Assembly (NCBI GenBank): GCA_043819075.1
Contig: JBDRFE010000004.1
Coordinates: forward strand, 1 to 20,618
Source: an archaeon
GTDB taxonomy: Archaea > Iainarchaeota > Iainarchaeia > Iainarchaeales > 1-14-0-10-31-34
Direction: 5' to 3'
DNA length: 20,618 nt
The stretch's first letter is position 1; each line of letters begins with the position of its first letter. The translations under genes and the position numbers were made by a program. A model generated the notes under the pieces. That model was not told the origin of the DNA. It worked only from the letters and a program-made list of their open reading frames with translations, and made no database searches. Shown one piece after another: positions 6,723-18,800 of the stretch.

Positions 6723-8537
6723 ATGGCATCACAAGGAAAAGTGTATATTAACGGAAGGCTGATAGGATTTCATAAGAGCCCAGAACAGTTAACCAAAGAC
6801 TTAATCCATCAGAGAAGAAAAGGAAAAATCCATCCTCAGGCAAACATTGCATTCCATAATGACACTCAAGAAGTTTACATTAACACTGACGCAGGAAGAG
6901 TGCAAAGGCCTTTATTAATAGTTGAAAACGGGAAACTTAGGTTCAGGGAAGAACAATTAAAGCAGCTTTCAGACAAAAAAATAACTTGGAATGACTTAAT
7001 CAAAGACGGAACCATTGAATACTTGGATGCAGAAGAAGAAGAAAATGCCTTGATTGCAACAACAGAAGAAGAAATAACAAAAAACCACACTCACATGGAA
7101 ATTGATTCAGCCGGAATACTTTCAGTCATAAGCTCTTTAATCCCTTATTTAGAGCACAACATGGCTGGAAAAGCACTGCATGGAGCAAAAATGTTCAAGC
7201 AGGCTTTAGGAATTAACGGCGTTAATTATAATTTAAGGACTGACACTGAAGGCCATTTACTGCATTACGCGCAAAAAGCAATAGTGAAAACAAAAACAAG
7301 CGATTTAATGGATTTGGATAGAAGGCCGCAGTTGCAGAACTTTGTTGTGGCAATAATGCCTTACTATGGATTCAACACATTAGATGCAATTGTATTGAAT
7401 AAAGGCGCAGTTGAAAGAGGATTAGGAAGAAGCTCTTATTTTAGGACATATGAAACCGCTGAATCAAGATATCCTGGCGGGCAGATAGACAAATTTGAAA
7501 TCCCAAAAGAAGAAACAGCAGGCTTTCTCGGAGAAGAATTTTACAAGAAACTAGGAGAAGACGGCTTAGTTGAATTAGATGAATTTGTTTCAGAAAAAGA
7601 TGTTATTGTAGGCAAAACTTCTCCTCCAAGGTTTTTGGAAGAAGTATCAGAGTTCGGAGTCGTACAGGAAAAAAGAAGGGAAAGCTCTATTACAGTAAGA
7701 AAAGGAAAACCGGGTTTTGTAGACAAAGTATTTATTGCAGAAGACATTGAAGGAAACAAATTAGTTAAAATAAAAATAAGAAGCAATATGCCTCCAGAAG
7801 TTGGAGACAAATTTTCTTCAAAGCACGGGCAGAAAGGAGTTGTTGGAGCCATTATTTCAGAAGAAGACATGCCTTTCACAGAAGAAGGAATAGTTCCAGA
7901 TTTAATTCTGAACCCGCATTCAATTCCATCCAGAATGACAATAGGGCATTTAATTGAAATGCTTGGAGGCAAAGCAGGTTCATTAAAAGGAAAAGAAATT
8001 GACGGAACACCATTCAGTTCAGTCAGCCAGAAAGAAATAGGCAGAATGCTTGAAGAAAAAGGTTTCAGGGCAGACGGAAAAGAAGTTTTCTACGATGGGT
8101 TAAGCGGAAAAAAAATTGAAGGAGAAATTTTTACAGGAGTAGTTGCTTACAGAAGATTATTCCACATGGTTGCACACAAAATGCAGTCAAGAAGCAGGGG
8201 ACCAGTGCAAATTCTTACAAGGCAGCCGACAGAAGGAAAAGAAAAAGAAGGCGGGCTAAGGTTTGGAGAAATGGAAGGAGAAACATTGGTTGGGCACGGA
8301 GCAGCAATGCTGTTGCACGAAAAATTAATTGAAGACTCAGACAAGTTAATTGAATTAGTCTGCGAAAAATGCGGTTTGGTTGCAATAAACGACCAGATAA
8401 GGAACAGAAAGTATTGTCCGGTATGCAATTCAAGCGCAGTTTACCCAGTGGAAATGAGTTATGGATTCAAACTGCTTTTAGATGAATTAAAGTCTTTAGG
8501 GATCATGCCAAAGTTATTGATTAAGGACAAGGTGTAA
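6723..8537 (+). CDS. rpoB1: DNA-directed RNA polymerase subunit B' (Rpo2C)
   Basis: GDKFSSKHGQKG, PDLILNPHSIPSRMT, GGLRFGEME, C-terminal CxxC...CxxC zinc motif. Confidence 0.97.
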   Translation: MASQGKVYINGRLIGFHKSPEQLTKDLIHQRRKGKIHPQANIAFHNDTQEVYINTDAGRVQRPLLIVENGKLRFREEQLKQLSDKKITWNDLIKDGTIEYLDAEEEENALIATTEEEITKNHTHMEIDSAGILSVISSLIPYLEHNMAGKALHGAKMFKQALGINGVNYNLRTDTEGHLLHYAQKAIVKTKTSDLMDLDRRPQLQNFVVAIMPYYGFNTLDAIVLNKGAVERGLGRSSYFRTYETAESRYPGGQIDKFEIPKEETAGFLGEEFYKKLGEDGLVELDEFVSEKDVIVGKTSPPRFLEEVSEFGVVQEKRRESSITVRKGKPGFVDKVFIAEDIEGNKLVKIKIRSNMPPEVGDKFSSKHGQKGVVGAIISEEDMPFTEEGIVPDLILNPHSIPSRMTIGHLIEMLGGKAGSLKGKEIDGTPFSSVSQKEIGRMLEEKGFRADGKEVFYDGLSGKKIEGEIFTGVVAYRRLFHMVAHKMQSRSRGPVQILTRQPTEGKEKEGGLRFGEMEGETLVGHGAAMLLHEKLIEDSDKLIELVCEKCGLVAINDQIRNRKYCPVCNSSAVYPVEMSYGFKLLLDELKSLGIMPKLLIKDKV

Positions 8538-8539
8538 GA

Positions 8540-12344
<3,805 letters not shown>

Positions 12345-12348
12345 TTAA

Positions 12349-12714
12349 ATGGACATAAACATTGAAATCAGGAGGGCAGTTGAAACAGGAAAAGTCAGTT
12401 TCGGCGAAAAAACAGCTGAGAAAAACATTTTAAAGGGAAACGGGGAATTAATTATTATAAGTTCCAATGCAAAAAAGCTCTTGAAGGAAAGACTGGAACA
12501 TTATGCAAAATTAAGTGAAATTCCTTTTTTTGAATTCAAGGGAACCTCAGTTGAACTGGGTTCTGTTTGCGGAAAACCTTTTCCGGTTTCAGCAATGACA
12601 GTATTAAGCAAGGGAAAATCAAAAATACTTGAGTTTGACAAAACACCAGAAAAAACAACAGGGAAAAAAACAGTGAAAAAAAAGAAAAGCAGAAAAACAG
12701 TGAAAAAAAAATGA
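12349..12714 (+). CDS. rpl30e: 50S ribosomal protein L30e with Lys-rich C-terminal tail
   Basis: AVETGKV and ELGSVCGKPF motifs; canonical position after rpoA''. Confidence 0.94.
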   Translation: MDINIEIRRAVETGKVSFGEKTAEKNILKGNGELIIISSNAKKLLKERLEHYAKLSEIPFFEFKGTSVELGSVCGKPFPVSAMTVLSKGKSKILEFDKTPEKTTGKKTVKKKKSRKTVKKK

Positions 12715-13124
12715 AGATTTCAAATGAAGAAATACTCTTGATAAACGCATTACAGGACTTTTCAGGCGTTACCGCAAGAGACTGCATAATAAGCAAAAAA
12801 AATATTATTTTTGTTGTAAACGAAAAAGATGTAGGAAATGCAATAGGAAAAAAAGGGGAAAAAGTCAACAGGCTGAAACAAAAATTAAGGAAAAACATCG
12901 AAATATATGGTTACACAGAAAAGCCAGAAAACTTCATAAAAAATTCATTGAAAGAAATAAAAATAAACGAGGTAACAGAAAAAGAAGAGGAAGGCAAAAA
13001 AACAATTTTTTTAAGCCTTGACTCTGAAAACAAAAGGAACATCGCAGAAAAATCAGGGAAACTGAAAAAAATAAAAGAGATTGTGAAAAGAAATTATAAT
13101 ATTGACAACATCAGGATAAGGTGA
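12711..13124 (+). CDS. nusA: Archaeal NusA-like KH-domain protein
   Basis: DVGNAIGKKGEKV KH motif; 137 aa; canonical position between rpl30e and rps12. Confidence 0.9.
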   Translation: MKISNEEILLINALQDFSGVTARDCIISKKNIIFVVNEKDVGNAIGKKGEKVNRLKQKLRKNIEIYGYTEKPENFIKNSLKEIKINEVTEKEEEGKKTIFLSLDSENKRNIAEKSGKLKKIKEIVKRNYNIDNIRIR

Positions 13125-13129
13125 AACAA

Positions 13130-13264
13130 ATGGACAGCACACTAAAAACTTTAACTGAAATGGAAAACATCTTTTTTCAAGAAAGGAATTATGTTCCTTT
13201 TCTTTCTTTGGGCAACCTGCACTTTCTTTCTTTAAGAAAAGAAAGAAAGGGCGGAGGTGAATGA
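13130..13264 (+). CDS. Unannotated 44-aa small ORF, possible leader peptide upstream of rps12
   Basis: AGGTGA SD at 13119-13124, 5-nt spacer, ATG 13130. Encodes [44 protein letters not shown]; stop 1 nt before the rps12 ATG. Confidence 0.45.
   Translation: MDSTLKTLTEMENIFFQERNYVPFLSLGNLHFLSLRKERKGGGE
13196..13256. repeat. Structured repeat element, short copy, with a 12-bp hairpin
   Basis: CTTTCTTTCTTT-AAGA-AAAGAAAGAAAG at 13222-13249. Blocks match 2534-2550 (17/17), 2604-2625 (21/22) and 2681-2698 (17/18). Confidence 0.8.
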
Positions 13265-13265
13265 T

Positions 13266-15221
13266 ATGGCAAGAGGAGAATTCAGCGCAAAAAGCCTGCA
13301 GAAAAAAAGAAAGAAATGGAAAAAAAAGAACCCGAAAGAAAAATTGAGGGCAAAAAGAAAAATTAAAAAACTAAAAGACATAATGGAAGGCTCTCCACAG
13401 GCAAGAGGAATTGTGCTGGAAAAAAGAGGGGTAACAGCAAGACAGCCAAACTCTGGAATAAGAAAATGTGTTTCTCCAGAAACGAAAGTTCACTTGCATG
13501 ATGGTTGTGTAATGCAAATCAATGAAATGAAAAATAACTGGAATCAAATAACAGTTCAGTGCTTTGACAAAAATAAAAAAGAAGTTATTCCAACTGAAAT
13601 TACAGATTGGTTTGAAGTTAAAGAGGATTACGGCCAAGTATTTGAAATTAGGACAGCTGAAACCAAAAGAGTGCTAAAAGCTTCTGGAGACCACCCAATT
13701 TACACAGCGAGGAAAAAAATTGATTTAAAGGATTTAAAAGTTGGAGACAAAGTCGCAGTGATGCCTGGCAATCCAGTGGAATTCAAAGAAACAAATAAAG
13801 TAATCTTAACCGAAAATGAAATAAGAAAAAACGCTGAAAAAACAATAAAAATTGAACGAGTCATAACAGAGCTGGAAAAAAAGAATCTTTTGCCCCTTAA
13901 TCTGAACAATAAATTAATGCCAAAATTAATTAGGATAATAGGGCATTTATTTGGCGACGGAACATTAAGCTGGGGAAAATCAGGCACAGGATATGGCGGA
14001 AAAATGGTTTTCAGTGGAAGTGAAGAAGAATTAAAGGAAATCAGAAGGGATACAGAAGCTTTGGGGTTAAAAATTTCCCCTATACAAAAACAAAAAAGGG
14101 AAAGTATAGTGGAAATGAACGGAAAAAAACATTTAATTAAGGGAACTAGTTTGTCTTTTAGTTGTACTTCAGTAGCTTTTTATACTTTGCTTAAAAATCT
14201 GGGAGTTCCTATAGGAGATAAAGCGAATTCAAAATATTTGCTTCCCACTTGGATTAAAAATGGACCAATGTGGGCCAAAGAAGAATTCATATCAACATAT
14301 TTTGGATCAGAACTGGAGAAACCCAGATTAGTGAACAAAACTTTTCAGCCGCCATGCTTAAACATAAGCAAAACAGAAAAAACATTAGAAAGCGGGAAAA
14401 AAATGATGAAAGACATTGAAGAAATACTGAAAGAATTCGGGGTAAAAGCTTCTTTACTTAAAACAGAAAAATACGCTCAAAGAAAAGACGGAACAAACTG
14501 TTACAGAAACTTGCTCTATATTAAATCAGGCCATGAAAACTTGATGAACTTATTCGGAAAAATTGGCTACAAGTACAGCCCAAAAAAGGAAGCTTTGGCC
14601 AGATATGCTTACCAGTATCTAACAATTAAAACAAACAAAATGAAAGAAGAGCAAAAAGCTTTTGAAAAAGCAATTGAACTAAGAGAACAGGGGCTAACAA
14701 TCAAGAAAATAACTGAAGAACTTAATAATACAGGCTTTGCCCAAATAAAAAAAGCAAGAGTTAATTACTGGATTTCTTGCGGAGTAAAAGAAAAAGAAAA
14801 AATAGGTTCAACATCCAAAGAAACTGGCTTAAATCAATGGATAAAAGAAAACACTAAAGGGTTAGAAAACAGTGGCCTTGTATGGGAAACAATAAAAGAA
14901 ATAAAACCAATCAAAAACCAGATTTTAATGGATATAACAACAAAAAACACAAACCATAATTTTTTTGCAAACGGGTTCCTTACAGGAAACTGTGTTAGAG
15001 TTCAGTTAATCAAAAACGGAAAACAATTAACCGCTTTAGCACCATTTGACGGTGCAATAAAATTCATTGACGAACACGACGAAGTGTTAATTGAAGGTGG
15101 CGGCGGAAGAAAAAAAGGGGCAAAAGGAGACTTGTGGGGAGTCAAATTCAAGGTAATTAAAGTAAACAACCAGTCATTAGAAATGCTTAGAACAGGCAGA
15201 AAAGAAAAAGTTAAAAGGTAA
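13266..15221 (+). CDS. rps12: 30S ribosomal protein uS12 precursor containing an intein (spliced product 143 aa)
   Basis: N-extein ...[27 protein letters not shown]-extein [11 protein letters not shown]...[12 protein letters not shown]...; GGAGGTGA SD at 13253-13260 supports ATG 13266. Confidence 0.96.
   Translation: MARGEFSAKSLQKKRKKWKKKNPKEKLRAKRKIKKLKDIMEGSPQARGIVLEKRGVTARQPNSGIRKCVSPETKVHLHDGCVMQINEMKNNWNQITVQCFDKNKKEVIPTEITDWFEVKEDYGQVFEIRTAETKRVLKASGDHPIYTARKKIDLKDLKVGDKVAVMPGNPVEFKETNKVILTENEIRKNAEKTIKIERVITELEKKNLLPLNLNNKLMPKLIRIIGHLFGDGTLSWGKSGTGYGGKMVFSGSEEELKEIRRDTEALGLKISPIQKQKRESIVEMNGKKHLIKGTSLSFSCTSVAFYTLLKNLGVPIGDKANSKYLLPTWIKNGPMWAKEEFISTYFGSELEKPRLVNKTFQPPCLNISKTEKTLESGKKMMKDIEEILKEFGVKASLLKTEKYAQRKDGTNCYRNLLYIKSGHENLMNLFGKIGYKYSPKKEALARYAYQYLTIKTNKMKEEQKAFEKAIELREQGLTIKKITEELNNTGFAQIKKARVNYWISCGVKEKEKIGSTSKETGLNQWIKENTKGLENSGLVWETIKEIKPIKNQILMDITTKNTNHNFFANGFLTGNCVRVQLIKNGKQLTALAPFDGAIKFIDEHDEVLIEGGGGRKKGAKGDLWGVKFKVIKVNNQSLEMLRTGRKEKVKR
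13467..14990 (+). mobile_element. Intein (508 aa) with LAGLIDADG-type endonuclease domain in uS12
   Basis: Starts CVSPETKV; block B ASGDHPIY; block [10 protein letters not shown]; block [23 protein letters not shown]; Cys at +1. Removal restores [13 protein letters not shown]. Confidence 0.95.
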
Positions 15222-15226
15222 ATGAA

Positions 15227-15832
15227 ATGAAAACATCACTTTTTGGAAAATGGGATTCAAAAGACATAAAAATAGAAGACATCAGCCTGGTCAAATACAT
15301 TAACTTCGAAGAAAAAATCATTCCCCACACTTTCGGCAAAAACACCAGGAAAAGGCTTGCAAAAGGAAACCTAAACATAGTTGAAAGGCTTGTCAATAAA
15401 ACAATGCGTTCAGGCCAAGGAAAAAGAAAGCTTTCAGGAAAATACATCAGGGGAAGAAAAGGCTGTGGAAAAAAACTTCAGTCAATGAAAATAGTTGAAG
15501 ACGCATTCAGTATAATTCAAAACGAAACAAAACAAAACCCGTTACAGGTATTAGTCAAAGCAATAGAGAATTCAGCTCCAAGAGAAGACGTTACAAGAAT
15601 AAAAAAAGGCGGAATAGCTTACACTTTATCAGTCGATATTGCTCCTTTAAAGAGAATTGACGAATCATTAAAGAATTTAGCTTTAGCTGCATTCTCTTCT
15701 TCTTTCAACAAGAAGGTAACAGCAGCACAGGCTCTTGCAAAAGAATTGATTCTTGCATCAAAAAACGATTCTAATTCTTTTTCAGTAAAAAGAAAAAACG
15801 AAGTAGAAAGAATTGCAATAAGCTCAAGATAA
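15227..15832 (+). CDS. rps7: 30S ribosomal protein uS7
   Basis: LFGKW, IVERLVNK, NPLQVLVKAIENSAPRED, KNEVERIAISSR. Confidence 0.96.
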   Translation: MKTSLFGKWDSKDIKIEDISLVKYINFEEKIIPHTFGKNTRKRLAKGNLNIVERLVNKTMRSGQGKRKLSGKYIRGRKGCGKKLQSMKIVEDAFSIIQNETKQNPLQVLVKAIENSAPREDVTRIKKGGIAYTLSVDIAPLKRIDESLKNLALAAFSSSFNKKVTAAQALAKELILASKNDSNSFSVKRKNEVERIAISSR

Positions 15833-15878
15833 ACCAAAAAGGTGTTTGATTAAAAATTGAAAATTTAAGGTGATTTGA

Positions 15879-18800
15879 ATAAGCAAAAGAGAAGACGTTG
15901 CAAGAGAAGCACAAAAATTCATGAACACCAGGGAAAACATAAGAAATATTGGTGTTGTTGCACACATTGACCACGGAAAATGCATAAGCGGGAAAACAAG
16001 CATACTTCTTGAGAATGGAAGAATCCAGAAAGCAGAGGATTTATTTAAGTTATCTGAAAAAGGAAAAAAAGTAAAAGAAAACAAGAATGAAATAGTTTTT
16101 GATGTATCAAATTTAAATGAAAAAGTCTTAAGCTTTAATAAAAACAAAAAAGAAATTACTTCAAATAGGATTACGCATGTATGGAAGCTTAAAACAGATG
16201 AAGAATTGGTTAATTTAACTTTTTCAAATGGCTCTAAAATTAAAACAACTCCTGAACATAAGTTTCTTTTATTAAGTGAACAAGGAAAAATTTTTGAAAA
16301 ACAAGCAAAAGAAGTAGAATTAAATGATTTTGTCCTAGTTCCAAAATTTATCAAAACAAAGCCAATGAATTTAGATAAATTAAAGAAAAATATTCTGGAA
16401 AATCTTGCAAAAGACAATAGTTTTTTTATAAGATTAAATGACAGGAATTCACTGGAAATCAAAAGAAAAATTCTTGATTACGGGTTAGAAAAAACACGAA
16501 AAGAAGTTGAATCAAAACTGAAAAACAAATCCTTCTATCACGGAGCATACAACGGAAGATACAGGCTTCAAGACTTCAAAAAAATCTGCGAAAAATTTGG
16601 TTATGAATGCTTTGAATTAATTGAATCAATTAATTACAGGGAAAGCCTGAAAAAAGAAGGGCATTCATCGATTGACTTGAAACTTCCCAAAACCGAATAC
16701 GAATTCACTGACTTCATGTATTTGCTTGGATTGATTTGGGGTGACGGGGGAAAATGCGGGAAAGAAATCAGGATAACAAACGAAGACAGGCAAATAATTG
16801 AAGAAACAAAAAAAATAATGCAAAAAATATTCGGTGTTAAAGCTGTCGAAAGAAAATACAAAAACAAAGCAACAAGAATTGATTTGAAAGCAGGGCTTAC
16901 TTTCCTGAGAATACTGGAAAAAGCATTTGATTTTCCCTTAAAAAACAAATCAGAAAGCATTGAAATCCCAAAAACAGTTCAGTGTTCCTCAAATGAACTG
17001 CTTAAAGCATTTATTCAAGGATACTTTGATTCAGACGGAACAGTGGAAAAATCAAGAAGAGCAATCAGCTTAAGCTCAAAATCAGCCAAAATAATGGAGC
17101 AGCTCAGATTAAGCCTTTTAAGATTTAGTTGCATGGCAACATTCAACGAAAAAAAGAAAACTATTTATATTTCAGGAACAAACCTGAAAGTTTTTTCTGA
17201 AGAAATCGGCTTCAGACTGAAAAGAAAACAAGAAAAAGCATTAAAGTTTGCAGCAATTTCCCAGACAAACCGGAACACTGATTTACTGCCTCTTTCAGGC
17301 AAAGTTCTGAAAGAAATAAGAAAAGAACTGGAGATTCCATTGAATGCATTCAAAAAAACACAAGAAGTGATTGAATCAGGCAAGCAAAAAATCTATGCAT
17401 TAAATTTCAGAGAATTTATTTCTACTGTTTATTCTTTTGTAGGAAACCCGAAAATAAAAAATCCTGAAGCATGGAAAAAAATACAGGAAATTGAAAAAAC
17501 ATTATTTGATTGCACAACCTTGTTTGTTACAAAAAAAGAATATGAAAAAGAAGAATTTGTTTTTGATTTCAGCGTTGAAAAAACACACAACTTTATAGGC
17601 AATGGCTTAATAATTCACAACACCACAATGACAGACAACTTAATTGCAGCTTCAGGAATAATTTCAACTGAATTAGCAGGAAAACAGCAGTTCATGGACT
17701 ATTATGCATTAGAACAGGAAAGAGGAATAACAATCAATGCAGCAAATGTTTCTATAGTTCAAAAATACGAAGGAAAAGACTATTTGATTAACATAATTGA
17801 CACTCCAGGCCATATTGATTTTGGAGGAGAAGTAATCAGGGCAATGAGAGCAGTAGACGGAGTCATTTTAGTTGTTGACTCAGTTGAAGGAGTAATGCCT
17901 CAGACAGAAACAGTCATCAGGCAGTCATTAAAAGAAAACGTAAAGCCATGCTTGTTCATAAACAAAGTTGACAGGTTAGTAAATGAGTTACAATTAACAC
18001 CGGAAAAAATGCAGGAAAGGTTTGTAAAAACAATTACTCATGTCAACAGATTAATTGAAAGAAATGCTCCTGAAAAATTCAAGGAAAAATGGAAAGTAAA
18101 AGTAGAAGACGGTTCAGTTGTATTTGGTTCAGCTTATTATAACTGGGCAATATCAACTCTGCACATGAAAAAAACCGGAATAACCTTCAAAGAAGTATAT
18201 GATTACTGCAAAAACCAGGACCAGAAAACCTTGTCACAAAAAAGCTCTTTATATGAAGCAATAGTTGAATTAGTGATAAAACATCTTCCAAATCCGTTGG
18301 AAGCACAAAAATACAGGATACCAAAAATCTGGACAGGCGAACTTGAAAGCGAAGAAGGAAAAGCAATGCTTGAATGCAATGCACAAGGGCCTTTAGCAAT
18401 GATGATAGTTGACATCAGCGTTGACCCGCACGCAGGAGATGTTGCAACAGGAAGAATTTACTCCGGAACAGTAAAAAAAGGAACAATAGTGAAATTAATT
18501 GGTTCACAAAAAGAAATCGGAGTACAGCAAGTAGCATTATTTATGGGCCCAGAAAGAGTGCAGGTAAGCGAGGTTCCAGCAGGAAACATTGCTGCTTTGG
18601 TGGGCTTAAAAGAAGTTTATGCCGGAGAAACAATTTCTACTATAAAAATGAAGGAATTTGAAAGCTTTATGTCAACAGCAGAACCAGTAATAACTGTTTC
18701 AGTTGAAGCAAAAGAAGCAAAAAATTTGCCGAAATTAATTGAAGTAATAAGGCAGATAACAAAAGAAGACCCAAATGTCAGGGCAGCAATAAACCAGGAT

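Noticed and set aside
12664..12711. Direct repeat AAAAACAGTGAAAAAAAA in the rpl30e tail
   Set aside because: A short duplication encoding KTVKKK in a low-complexity basic tail; no evidence of a separate function.
13257..13265. GTG start for rps12
   Set aside because: The GTG lies within the SD itself; ATG 13266 has the proper spacing.
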